Origin: Rhabdochlamydiaceae bacterium
GTDB taxonomy: Bacteria; Chlamydiota; Chlamydiia; Chlamydiales; Rhabdochlamydiaceae
Length of the DNA: 42,828 nucleotides
Reading direction: 5' to 3'
Assembly: GCA_036263375.1 (NCBI GenBank)
Contig: DATAHB010000004.1
Span: 1-42,828, forward strand
Positions 19,495 to 28,943 of this stretch are shown here, in pieces. The stretch's first letter is position 1; every line of letters begins with the position of its first letter. Below the pieces are notes generated by a model. It was not told where the DNA came from and ran no database searches. It saw only the letters and a list, made by a program, of their open reading frames with translations. Position numbers and translations under genes: made by a program.

Positions 19495-20744
19495 AGGATC
19501 TTACCCATTTTTTAGATCGATCTCCCACCTCGTGGCATGCCGTGCAAGAGGCATCGCGCCGTTTTGCTTCTGCCAAAGCGCTCCATCTCCAAGAAGATGA
19601 AAAGTGGAAGCTCGAAAAAAATAAACGGTACTTTGTCCAGCGCGGCGGATCAGTCTGCGCCTTTTCTCTCCCGAAAAAAGCGCCGGAGAAAATGACGATT
19701 GTCGCGGCTCATACCGACAGCCCCGCTCTCAAACTCAAACCCAATCCTGAAATTGTCGTCGAGCCATACCATCTGTTAGAAACCGAAATTTACGGCGGAC
19801 CGCTACTGAGTTCTTGGTTTAACCGTGACTTAGCCATTGCCGGAAGAGTCGTTTTTGAAGGGAAGCAAGGCAAATGTCAGGAAAAGTTGATCTTTGTCGA
19901 AGAGTGTCCCCTTTTTATTCCTCAGCTAGCCATCCATCTTGATCGTGATATCAACGACAAAGGATTCATGATCGATAAGCAAGACCATCTCCGTCCGATT
20001 TTCACTCTTGCAAAAGATAAAAAAAATCTCCTTGAGCCATTCTTAAAAAAATATGTCCCCTTCGAAGAGATCCTTTCGTTTGATCTGTTTTTAGTGCCGA
20101 TTGAAAAAGCTCGATTGCTTGGAACATCAGAAGAGCTGCTCGCTTCGTATCGGCTCGATAACTTGTGTTCTTCGCATGCCTGCATCCACGCCTTTGCCAA
20201 AGCTCCTCAAACCGACGATCTACAAATCGCCATTCTCTGGGATGCCGAAGAAATCGGCTCACGCACTTCGGATGGCGCTGCGTCGACCTTCCTCTCCGAT
20301 ATCCTCCAGCGGATCTGCGCTTTTTACGAAATGTCTACCGAAGATTATATCCGGATGAAAACAGATTCGCTCTGTGTCTCGGTCGATGTCGGCCATGCCT
20401 ACAATCCCAACCACGTGAAAAAACACGATCCGCAGCACCGTCTCATCCCTGGTCAGGGCATTGCGATCAAATATAATGCCGATAAAAAATACGTCACGGA
20501 TGCGAAAACAGCAGCACCGGTGATTTCCGCTTGTAAAAAAGCGAAACTGCATGTCCAATCGTTTGCTTCCCATTCAAACTTTTCGGGCGGTAGCACCATC
20601 GGACCGATCTTTGCTCATACCATGGGAATTCCCACCGTCGACATCGGCTGCGCGATTTTCTCAATGCATTCGACACGGGAAGTGATGGCTGTGAAAGACC
20701 ATCTTGACATGTGCCAGCTGTTAACAGCTCTCCTAAAAAGATGA
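19479..20744 (+). CDS. M18 family aminopeptidase
   Basis: AHTDSP, RLDNL, EEIGS, DVGHA, GSTIGP and MHSTRE. Confidence 0.93.
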   Translation: MSDILKDLTHFLDRSPTSWHAVQEASRRFASAKALHLQEDEKWKLEKNKRYFVQRGGSVCAFSLPKKAPEKMTIVAAHTDSPALKLKPNPEIVVEPYHLLETEIYGGPLLSSWFNRDLAIAGRVVFEGKQGKCQEKLIFVEECPLFIPQLAIHLDRDINDKGFMIDKQDHLRPIFTLAKDKKNLLEPFLKKYVPFEEILSFDLFLVPIEKARLLGTSEELLASYRLDNLCSSHACIHAFAKAPQTDDLQIAILWDAEEIGSRTSDGAASTFLSDILQRICAFYEMSTEDYIRMKTDSLCVSVDVGHAYNPNHVKKHDPQHRLIPGQGIAIKYNADKKYVTDAKTAAPVISACKKAKLHVQSFASHSNFSGGSTIGPIFAHTMGIPTVDIGCAIFSMHSTREVMAVKDHLDMCQLLTALLKR

Positions 20745-21448
20745 AAAGCGACCATTTTGAAGGAAAATCCGTCCTCGAGCACCTCAAAGCCGCCCGCGCA
20801 AGGGGCGCTCTCGCGGCTGCGGAGATTCATGGCACCGAAATGCCAGGTCATCTTTCTGCCGCTGCTGATGCTGCGCGCGATACGGCTGTTGTTCTCCTTC
20901 TCCTTTGGATTTTATTTCCTCACGAACTGCCACTATTATTGCTCGTGGCCGGAGGGCTGTTTCTCTGGAAGATCGGTCGGAGCGCCCTCTTGGGGTGGGC
21001 CCGTTTAGAGAGGCTTCACCGCGTCATCGAAGAAGAACGGTGGGAAATCGAGCACGCTAGGCAGCAAGAACGAGAAGAGCTCGCCGCTCTCTATCAAGCA
21101 AAAGGCCTGTCCGGAAAGCTTCTCGATGAAGTTATCACTGTCATGATGGCCGATGATAACCGGCTTCTCCATATCATGCTCGAAGAAGAAATGGGCCTTG
21201 CCTTAGAGGTCTATGAACATCCCCTCAAGCAGAGTTTAGGCGCCGGAGTTGGAGTCATCCTCGCTACAGCCCTCTTTGCAGGTGGATATTTTTTCTTTTC
21301 TCCTATCGCTGGGACAGCGATCACTATCATCATCGCCGCCTTTACCGTTGCTAAACTAGAAAGAAACCGCCGCATCGAAGCCCTCATCTGGAACCTCTCG
21401 CTCGTCGCCTTTGTTGCCGGTGTGATTTATTTTATTAAAGATTTATGA
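20741..21448 (+). CDS. VIT1/CCC1-related membrane protein (CT728-like)
   Basis: EEERWEIE...EREELAALYQAKGL...MLEEEMGL cytosolic metal-binding region flanked by TMs; ATGA overlap at 20741. Confidence 0.8.
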   Translation: MKSDHFEGKSVLEHLKAARARGALAAAEIHGTEMPGHLSAAADAARDTAVVLLLLWILFPHELPLLLLVAGGLFLWKIGRSALLGWARLERLHRVIEEERWEIEHARQQEREELAALYQAKGLSGKLLDEVITVMMADDNRLLHIMLEEEMGLALEVYEHPLKQSLGAGVGVILATALFAGGYFFFSPIAGTAITIIIAAFTVAKLERNRRIEALIWNLSLVAFVAGVIYFIKDL

Positions 21449-21607
21449 ACCTATCCGCAAAGTCTAAAATTTGGATTTTGCAGGATTTTTTGTTAGATTC
21501 TGGAACCGCTTCGAAGGATATACTTGAATAAGTAGGCCAAGAAGCGGTTCCAAAATATGACAAAAAAGACAAAATAGCCAACTTTTAGACTTTGCGGATA
21601 GGTTCAT
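21445..21607. mobile_element. 163-bp palindromic element/MITE, ATGAACCTATCC family
   Basis: Perfect 25-bp terminal inverted repeat ATGAACCTATCCGCAAAGTCTAAAA; imperfect pairing continues to a central core. Confidence 0.9.
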
Positions 21608-23531
21608 GACAACGCCGTATTCATTCGATGAATTTTTTGCGACGAACAAAGAAGAGACGGTTTCTCCATTTCTAACGCCTGATTCGCGCAAATGGGGAAA
21701 ATACCTCTCTGTTCGAAGCGCGCTCTTCGCAGGGTTTTTACTCGCCTCAGCTTTTGTCCTTTCATTCTATTCCACACCGGTATCTTTAGCACTTCTCACC
21801 ACTGTCTATTTCTTGGCGGGTACACCGGCGCTGATCAATGCCATCCATGATCTCTTGAACCTTGAAATCAACATCGACGTCTTGATGACGCTCGCTGCTT
21901 TTCTGTCTGTGATCATTGGGAGCGAGATGGAAGGAGCCCTCCTTTTAGTCTTATTTGAATTCTCCGCTGCGATGGAAGGCATGGTCGCTCAAAAAACCCG
22001 CAGCAGCGTCCTTAGCCTCCATAAACTTTCTCCCCGGGTTGCTTATGTGATCAACGAGCGCGGTCTCATTTATGAAAAAGCGCTTGCTGATATCGCTGTT
22101 GGCGCTCACATCCTCGTCAAAGCCGGAGAGATCATTCCACTGGATGGTCAAGTCATCGAAGGACGCTCCTATGTCAATCTTGTCCATCTGACGGGCGAGA
22201 GCCAGCCTATGCCTAAAACCATTGGCGATGAAGTTCCTGCGGGCGCCGGCAACCTCGATGGGACGCTCACGATTTCTGTGACACGGACTAGCGGAGATTC
22301 CACCGTCAGCCGGATTATTCAACTCATCACCCAAGCTCAAGACTCCAAACCCAAAATCGAACAATTTCTTGACCGTTTTGGAAAATATTATGCCAGCACG
22401 ATCATCGTGCTCTCGCTCGGATTTGCGCTTGCTCTCCCCGCTTTCTGGGGGCTGCCATATTTTGGAACGGAAGGCAGCGTTTACCGCGCACTTGCATTTC
22501 TGATCGCAGCCTCTCCTTGCGCGCTGATTATAGCAACGCCGACTGCCTATTTAAGTGCGCTCAGCAGCTGCGCCCGGCGTGGCATTTTGCCCAAAGGCGG
22601 GATTATGCTCGATGCTGTTTCTACATGCACGACGGTTGCCCTCGATAAAACCGGAACGCTCACGACAGGCCAATTGAGCTGTACAGCCATTGAACAACTC
22701 TCCGGCCCTCTCTTAGATCCAACTTTAGCCATTGCGATAGCTGCTTCGCTAGAGCGGCATGCAGTTCATCCCATTGCAGAAGCTTTGACGGCATTTGCAC
22801 AGACAAAAAAAATCAAGCTTCTCCCTGTTGAAAATTTCCGCTCCATTCCTGGCTATGGGCTTGAAGGGACCGTCGCTTCCTATCCTGCAATGATTGGCCA
22901 AAGAGAGTTCATCCAAGAAAAATCTCAAGTTGTTCTTCCCTCCGCCGACCAAATGGTTACCTATCTCTTCGTCAAAGGATCGCTGTTTGTCTTCCATTTC
23001 ACTGATACTCTAAGACCCAATGCGAAAAAAGTGATTGCAAATCTGAAACAGCAAAATTTACGTATAGTAATGCTCACCGGCGATCATGCCTCTAGCGCCA
23101 AGAAAGTTGCTAATGAGCTAAGCATCGATGAAGTTTTTGCCAACCTCCGTCCTGAAGACAAACTCGCCAAAGTTACCGAGCTTTCAACTCAATCTTCTCT
23201 CATTATGGTCGGAGACGGCATCAACGATGCGCCGGCGCTTGCCCGTGCAACCGTCGGAATCTCGATGGGAAAAATCGGCAGTGCGACCGCCGTCGATGCC
23301 TCCGACATTATCTTCATCCATGATGATATCTCTCTGCTCAGATGGCTCTATCAAAAAGCACATCAGACGCGGCGCATCTTGAAAGAGAACATCGCCTTAG
23401 CGCTCGGTGTTATTCTCTTTGCCACCACTCCTGCCCTTTTAGGATGGGTTCCTCTGTGGGCCGCAGTTATTCTCCATGAAGGCGGCACCGTTTTAGTCGG
23501 CCTCAATAGTTTGCGTTTACTAAAAAAATAG
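21606..23531 (+). CDS. cadA: Heavy-metal P-type ATPase, P1B-4 subclass (CadA/ZntA-like)
   Basis: LTGES, SPC in the TM region, DKTGT, MVGDGINDAP and HEGGT. Confidence 0.93.
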   Translation: MTTPYSFDEFFATNKEETVSPFLTPDSRKWGKYLSVRSALFAGFLLASAFVLSFYSTPVSLALLTTVYFLAGTPALINAIHDLLNLEINIDVLMTLAAFLSVIIGSEMEGALLLVLFEFSAAMEGMVAQKTRSSVLSLHKLSPRVAYVINERGLIYEKALADIAVGAHILVKAGEIIPLDGQVIEGRSYVNLVHLTGESQPMPKTIGDEVPAGAGNLDGTLTISVTRTSGDSTVSRIIQLITQAQDSKPKIEQFLDRFGKYYASTIIVLSLGFALALPAFWGLPYFGTEGSVYRALAFLIAASPCALIIATPTAYLSALSSCARRGILPKGGIMLDAVSTCTTVALDKTGTLTTGQLSCTAIEQLSGPLLDPTLAIAIAASLERHAVHPIAEALTAFAQTKKIKLLPVENFRSIPGYGLEGTVASYPAMIGQREFIQEKSQVVLPSADQMVTYLFVKGSLFVFHFTDTLRPNAKKVIANLKQQNLRIVMLTGDHASSAKKVANELSIDEVFANLRPEDKLAKVTELSTQSSLIMVGDGINDAPALARATVGISMGKIGSATAVDASDIIFIHDDISLLRWLYQKAHQTRRILKENIALALGVILFATTPALLGWVPLWAAVILHEGGTVLVGLNSLRLLKK

Positions 23532-23595
23532 TCTTCCTATAAATAAAAAATATGAACCCCAAACCTTAAGAGCCTGGGATTTTGCCGGAGGAAGG

Positions 23596-24780
23596 ATGAA
23601 TTGGAGAGGCTTTCTTAACGCTGCTTTTGGAATCTGGCTGATCAGTAGCCCTTTTACCTTTGGATATCAAAGCCACAACTTAATCCAAAGCGATCTCGTC
23701 TGCGGAATTTTGGCACTCATCTTAGGATTGCTCACGGTTCATTTCCCTTTATTTGCATGGGGCACCGCGCTCATCGGTCTCTGGTTGCAGCTAGCCCCAC
23801 TGATTTTTTGGGCTCCGGAAGCCGCATCGTATCTCAATGACACCTTCATCGGCCTGCTGCTCCTCGTGTTTTCCTTTGTCATTCCTGACACTCCGGGCAC
23901 ACGCAGTAGCCGTGGGGCTGAAGTGCCACCTGGTTGGTCGTACAACCCCTCTTCTTATCTTCAACGGGTTCCGATTATCTTCTTAAATCTCTGCTGCTGG
24001 CTCATTGCCAGATATCTGACCGCCTATCAACTGGGCTATATCGATCAAGTGTGGGATCCGTTTTTTGGAACCCAAACGGCCTGTGTTTTAACCTCTGATG
24101 TTTCCAAAGCATTTCCTGTTGCCGATGCAGGCCTCGGAGCTACTGCTTATCTGTTAGAAGCTCTTTTTGCCTTTGGATCCACAAGACGGTGGCACACGAT
24201 GCCTTGGTTTGTGCTGCTCTTTGGAGTGCTAGCCGTCCCCGTCAGCTGCATCAGCATTGTTCTGATTATCCTCCAACCGACTATTGTGGGCGCCTGGTGT
24301 GGACTTTGCCTCGTGACAGCTGGACTCATGCTGCTGATTATCCCTCTCACAGTCGATGAAGTCTGCGCGACGCTTCAATTCATGAAACATTCCCGCATCA
24401 AAGGACATTCCCATTGGAAAACATTCTGGGGAGGAACTTCTATCGCCGCAGGATCTGATGATCCAAGAACGCCTTCCTATAGAGCCTCCTACCGAAAGCT
24501 TTTCAAAGCGATGTGTTGGGGCGTGTCGATCCCCTGGAACCTAGCCCTATCAGCTCTTTTAGGCGCTGGCGCAATGTTCATGGGAGATTATATTCAGGGA
24601 GCTCTCATCACGGTTTTTTCCGTCACTGCATGGGGCGAAGTTACACGAAGGTTCCGCCAGGTCCTCATCCCTATCGGCATCTGGCTGTGCTTTTCAAATC
24701 CGATCCTGGGCATTGCAGCCATTATTCTTTCAATTCCTAAAGGAAAAATCAAAGAAAAATACGGAACATTCAAACCTTAA
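23596..24780 (+). CDS. SPW-repeat / vitamin K epoxide reductase family membrane protein
   Basis: GIWLISSPF and GLWLQLAP repeats, PPGWSYNPS, DAGLG, and the CxxC motif WCGLC. Confidence 0.85.
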   Translation: MNWRGFLNAAFGIWLISSPFTFGYQSHNLIQSDLVCGILALILGLLTVHFPLFAWGTALIGLWLQLAPLIFWAPEAASYLNDTFIGLLLLVFSFVIPDTPGTRSSRGAEVPPGWSYNPSSYLQRVPIIFLNLCCWLIARYLTAYQLGYIDQVWDPFFGTQTACVLTSDVSKAFPVADAGLGATAYLLEALFAFGSTRRWHTMPWFVLLFGVLAVPVSCISIVLIILQPTIVGAWCGLCLVTAGLMLLIIPLTVDEVCATLQFMKHSRIKGHSHWKTFWGGTSIAAGSDDPRTPSYRASYRKLFKAMCWGVSIPWNLALSALLGAGAMFMGDYIQGALITVFSVTAWGEVTRRFRQVLIPIGIWLCFSNPILGIAAIILSIPKGKIKEKYGTFKP

Positions 24781-24820
24781 AAAGGTTATATTCTCTATAC
24801 TACCTTGTATAGGAGATTTT

Positions 24821-26077
24821 CTGACAGAATACAGAAAGCAAAGACGGAAATTCTGGGTCCTGGTCATCATCGTATTTTTAGGATTTATGGGAATCTCCAT
24901 GCCCTACTTGATCTTCCCTGCACTTTTTCTCAATCCCCATTATGCTATCTTACCGGCAAGTTGGAGCATCTCTAGCCATGCTCTTTTTCTGGGAATTACC
25001 TTAGCTGCTTACCCTCTGGGTCAATTTGTCGGATCGCCGATTCTCGGAACCCTATCAGATGAATATGGCCGCAAACAACTCTTATCCTTAAGCCTCCTCA
25101 TTGCAGCCGCTTGTTATCTTTTCACAGGATTTGCAATTGCATGGAAACACCTATGGCTGCTCATTGCGAGCCGATTCATGGCCGGAATGATGGAAGGTAA
25201 TATTGCCGTTGCAAGAGCAATGGCTGCTGACCTTAAAACGATCTCAAAACATGAGGCTTTTGGGAAAATTAATGCTGCTATTTCTATTGCATATCTTTTA
25301 GGACCGCTTTTAGGGGGCTTATTATCCGATAAGAATCTATCAGAGAGTTTGACCATTTCCACTCCCTTCTATTTCATCTGCATCCTTTTCTTGTGCCTTG
25401 CCTGCATCTCAGCACTTGTGCTTGATAAATCGGTTGTAAGCCCTACAACCGTCGTGAGAACTTTTTGGCAACGAATCAATTTTATACAGAGAACTTTGAC
25501 CTTATTTTCCAATAAACAACTGAAATTTCTTTTGCTTGTTTCCACAGCTTTCACTCTCGCTGTGGATATCTTCTATGAATTCGGACCTGTTTACCTCACA
25601 GTGAAATGGACGCTAGGACCTGCACAGCTGATTTTTTACAATGCAGCACTTTGTTTGGGGCTTATCATTGGAAACGGATGGCTATCCGCCTACATAGCCT
25701 CCCGTGTTTCAAATCGACTGGTAATTACAACCTCTATTGGCGGGCTAGCTTTGTTATTAATCGGAATCGTGCTTGCGAGCTCTCCTTGGCAAATGATGGT
25801 ATGCTTTGCTCTTAGCGGACTCGTTATCGGTCTCGCAGTGACTTTGCTTACGGTGAAAATCTCTAATACTGCAGCGGATACGATTCAGGGCGAAGTTTTG
25901 GGGGTCCAGCTTTCTCTGCGTGTCTTAGGGGATGCCATTATCTGTCTATTTGGAAGCACACTCTTACTGCTTTCACCTAAACTTATCCTAATATTAGCTT
26001 CTGCAATAACATGCGCTGTGATGATCTACTATGGAAATAAAATTAAAAAACTTAAAGACCCTCTGTTTTTTTCATAG
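24821..26077 (+). CDS. MFS transporter, TetA/DHA1-like (start uncertain, possibly CTG)
   Basis: Motif A GTLSDEYGRK, RFMAG, GPLLGG and about 12 TMs; AGGAG precedes the in-frame CTG at 24821. Confidence 0.85.
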   Translation: MTEYRKQRRKFWVLVIIVFLGFMGISMPYLIFPALFLNPHYAILPASWSISSHALFLGITLAAYPLGQFVGSPILGTLSDEYGRKQLLSLSLLIAAACYLFTGFAIAWKHLWLLIASRFMAGMMEGNIAVARAMAADLKTISKHEAFGKINAAISIAYLLGPLLGGLLSDKNLSESLTISTPFYFICILFLCLACISALVLDKSVVSPTTVVRTFWQRINFIQRTLTLFSNKQLKFLLLVSTAFTLAVDIFYEFGPVYLTVKWTLGPAQLIFYNAALCLGLIIGNGWLSAYIASRVSNRLVITTSIGGLALLLIGIVLASSPWQMMVCFALSGLVIGLAVTLLTVKISNTAADTIQGEVLGVQLSLRVLGDAIICLFGSTLLLLSPKLILILASAITCAVMIYYGNKIKKLKDPLFFS

Positions 26078-26163
26078 TCATTTTTGAGCTTTTTTGTTGA
26101 GTGACAAAAAAATCGGAGATGTCTTAACATCCCGTCATTCTAAACCCAACAAGGAATATCCAA

Positions 26164-26523
26164 ATGAGAAAAACTATTTTCGCACTTGCAACACTGGCCC
26201 TTTTCGTTCTTGAAGCTGAGCAATTTCAGGTTAAAACCTCGGTTGAAACTTCTTCCTGGGATGCCCAACTACCAGAATATCTGGTGAAGATCGAAATCGA
26301 ACAAGTGAATGAAAATTCCGCTTCAGTTGAGTTCGCCAACGAGACCCTTATTTGCATATTAGGTAATGAAAAAGAAGTGAGCAAATTTGTCGATGGCAAA
26401 GGCGGTTATACCATGAAAGCTCTCTACTATCGAGAGGATGATTTGACCTACAAACTAAAAACTTCCGTCACAATCTTAGATGCAGATAAAAAAACAATCT
26501 TTCAATCTAATAAGGATGAGTAG
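26164..26523 (+). CDS. Small secreted hypothetical protein, paralog 1
   Basis: Signal peptide MRKTIFALATLALFVLEA; AAGGA RBS; paralog of the ORF at 26659. Confidence 0.85.
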   Translation: MRKTIFALATLALFVLEAEQFQVKTSVETSSWDAQLPEYLVKIEIEQVNENSASVEFANETLICILGNEKEVSKFVDGKGGYTMKALYYREDDLTYKLKTSVTILDADKKTIFQSNKDE

Positions 26524-26530
26524 TCGCTTG

Positions 26531-26591
26531 CTAGTTCCTAAATTCTTCTAAATATATTTCCGCATCTTCGAAAAATCTAAAGATGCGGAAA
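26531..26591 (-). repeat. Copy of the last 61 nt of the FlaR-like gene, containing a hairpin
   Basis: 53/61 identical to 27017-27077; hairpin TTTCCGCATCTT...AAGATGCGGAAA. Confidence 0.85.
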
Positions 26592-26658
26592 ATAACTGTA
26601 CAAAAAAACAGAAGCCTCTTAACATTTCGTCGTTCTAAACCCAACAAGGAATATCCAA

Positions 26659-27027
26659 ATGAGAAAAACTATTTTCGCACTTGCAACACTGGCCCTTTTC
26701 GCTCTTGAAGCTGAGCAATTTCAGGTTAAAACCTCGATTTCCTCTCCTTCAGCCGATGCACCAGAATATCTGGTTCAATTCGAAATCGACCAAATCAACG
26801 AAAATTCTCCTCCGGTTGAATTCTCTAAACCAAGCATTGTATGCCAATTAGGCAAAGAGGAAGAAGTGAATAAGTTTGTCGAAGAGCAAGGCGGCTATAC
26901 CGTGAAAGCTCTCGTCTATCAAGCAGAAGACAAAACCAAAGTAAAGACTTCCGTCACAATCTTAGACGCAACCAAAAAAGAAATCTTTCACTCTAACGAA
27001 GAAAAAGAGCTTGGCGCTAGCTCTTAA
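26659..27027 (+). CDS. Small secreted hypothetical protein, paralog 2
   Basis: Upstream region and signal peptide nearly identical to those of 26164; mature region diverged. Confidence 0.85.
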   Translation: MRKTIFALATLALFALEAEQFQVKTSISSPSADAPEYLVQFEIDQINENSPPVEFSKPSIVCQLGKEEEVNKFVEEQGGYTVKALVYQAEDKTKVKTSVTILDATKKEIFHSNEEKELGASS

Positions 27028-27523
27028 GCTCTTCTAAATATTTTTCCGCATCTTTGGAAGATCTAAAGATGCGGAAATCGACATGCGGATACTTTTTTCT
27101 CAATTCCTCGATACGTTCTCTCTTATCTCGGTCGAAAGTCCAGATGTATTTCACCATTTCCCAATTAACTATCTGTGAGCATCCTTCTGGCTTATCGCAG
27201 ATTGTTTTGTCAGGGAAGACTCGCCTTTTCACCACTCTCCAAATACAGAGAAGCCGTGGAAAATGGAAATAGAGGACGGTATCTGCCTTTGCAAATCTCA
27301 TCTCGTATGTCGAATACGAACATCCCTCGATAATCCAAGCATCTTCGGCAAGTAATTCCTTTTGAATCGCAATAAACTCTTGTTTGTCTTTCTTTTTGCC
27401 GCCTGGCTCGAACATATGTTTATCTAAGTGATGGACGGGAATATTGAGCATTTTCCCAAGCCTTACCGCAAAGGTCGACTTGCCGCTGCCCGGAAGGCCA
27501 ATGAATGCAAACCGCTTGGTCAT
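27017..27523 (-). CDS. Topology modulation protein FlaR-like / adenylate-kinase-like P-loop protein
   Basis: IGLPGSGKST, HHLD, WIIEG and ADTVLY; ATG at 27523, 4 nt after the upstream gene's stop. Confidence 0.85.
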   Translation of the reverse strand: MTKRFAFIGLPGSGKSTFAVRLGKMLNIPVHHLDKHMFEPGGKKKDKQEFIAIQKELLAEDAWIIEGCSYSTYEMRFAKADTVLYFHFPRLLCIWRVVKRRVFPDKTICDKPEGCSQIVNWEMVKYIWTFDRDKRERIEELRKKYPHVDFRIFRSSKDAEKYLEELKS

Positions 27524-27527
27524 ATTT

Positions 27528-28913
27528 TCAGTTTTTCTCCAACAATTCCCAGAAACCACTCTTATCCGAACCTACCCGACGCAATAATCCTTGTAATTTC
27601 AATTTTCGAACATTTCTTCTAACAGTACTCCTATCTTTCCCAAGTTTCATACTCAGTTCCTCAAAGGAAATGGTAGAAGATTGCTTAAGGATATCTAAGA
27701 TTTGTATCTGGAAACCAGAGAGTCGAACATTTACAGGGGCATTTACAGGGGCATTTACAGGGGCATTAATCCTTTCTACAAGTGAGGTAAACAGACAGCC
27801 ATCATGATCATCGATAAACTTTATTCTTGGCCATTCCTCTAATGCTCGACGCACCCCTGTTCCAAGCCCTCTATAGGGCAAAAGCCCTTTAGCAATGAAT
27901 GATGTTAAAATAGGATTGCGTTGGATTGAGTTCCCTGCTTGAATTTTCTCAACCGTTAAATGATCGGGCAGACTCCCAGGACTGATGATTTCTACCCTAT
28001 CATCGAAAACGAAAATTCTAACAGGAGCCGAGATAAAATAATCACGGTGAATTAGCGCGTTGACTAGAAGCTCTTCAAATACTGTCTCAGGAATTTCAAG
28101 TTCACCAATGGAGTTCACTCCTTTCTTTCCTTGGACTTTACGCAAGTTGCGCAAAATGAATGCTAACGCTCCCTGAAAAATTTGTGGAAGAGACCCTTCG
28201 AAATCTTCACTATCCAAATAGCGATGTCCTATTTTTACCCCAGGAAAACAGATGGCTTTGACAATAAACTGTGGCTTATACAACTGAGGTTTTTGGCCAA
28301 ACAAAAGAAGCCCGGCTAAATTTAACCTCTTTTCATTCACAAGCCCCATATTTTCAAGCAATCGAAGCCTTTTCAGATGATCTCTTGGCAATTTTTCGTG
28401 ATAAAATTTTTTTAATAGATCTGAAAGAACTTTAACGTTTAGTGCCTCCATCCCAGCTCGAGTTGGCACTTTGTCCGCGTGAATAAGATCAGCCCCTTGA
28501 AAAAGACGTTGCAGCTCTTCTTTGGAATTGACCCTTCTTTTATCGGCTCCGGCTTTTAACCAGATCACCCCTTGATGATCAAAATACGGTTTATCAATTC
28601 CCTCGGGAATCGTTAACACAATGACAATCCGATGGTTATCAATTGAAACATTATCCGTTTGAACAGTTACAGGGCTGCGCACATGCTGGCTGGCCGCATT
28701 GCTAATAAGCTGATTGATCCGGTGGACATCGTCAACTGAAAGGCCTAATAGTGCTCCCTGATTTGCAATCCCAATAAAAATGCGTCCACCTCGAGAGTTT
28801 GAAAATGCAACGATCTCCGCAGCTAAAGAATCGACATTGCGAACATCTTCCTTAAATTGATGCCTCCCATCTTCACCTTTGGAAACAATGCGTTTGAGGT
28901 TATTAAGATCCAT
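27528..28913 (-). CDS. Schlafen/AlbA_2 + HATPase_c_4 + C-terminal HTH protein
   Basis: IVAFSNSRGGRIFIGI, ELLVNALIHRDY, DRVEIISPG, GTGV and a C-terminal winged-helix (RRVGSDKSGFW). Confidence 0.88.
   Translation of the reverse strand: MDLNNLKRIVSKGEDGRHQFKEDVRNVDSLAAEIVAFSNSRGGRIFIGIANQGALLGLSVDDVHRINQLISNAASQHVRSPVTVQTDNVSIDNHRIVIVLTIPEGIDKPYFDHQGVIWLKAGADKRRVNSKEELQRLFQGADLIHADKVPTRAGMEALNVKVLSDLLKKFYHEKLPRDHLKRLRLLENMGLVNEKRLNLAGLLLFGQKPQLYKPQFIVKAICFPGVKIGHRYLDSEDFEGSLPQIFQGALAFILRNLRKVQGKKGVNSIGELEIPETVFEELLVNALIHRDYFISAPVRIFVFDDRVEIISPGSLPDHLTVEKIQAGNSIQRNPILTSFIAKGLLPYRGLGTGVRRALEEWPRIKFIDDHDGCLFTSLVERINAPVNAPVNAPVNVRLSGFQIQILDILKQSSTISFEELSMKLGKDRSTVRRNVRKLKLQGLLRRVGSDKSGFWELLEKN
27728..27767. 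repeat. 12-bp tandem repeat x3.3 encoding (NAPV)n linker
   Basis: CATTTACAGGGG three times. Confidence 0.95.
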
Positions 28914-28943
28914 AAAATGATCATTTTAGCATGTCGAAGTTGA

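Noticed and set aside
21464-21792. Short minus-strand ORFs across the MITE and ATPase start
   Set aside because: Chance ORFs over a palindrome and antisense to the ATPase; no transposase features.
27728-27767. 12-bp repeat as a phase-variation switch or iteron
   Set aside because: The unit is a multiple of 3 inside a linker; such repeats are common before the HTH in this family.
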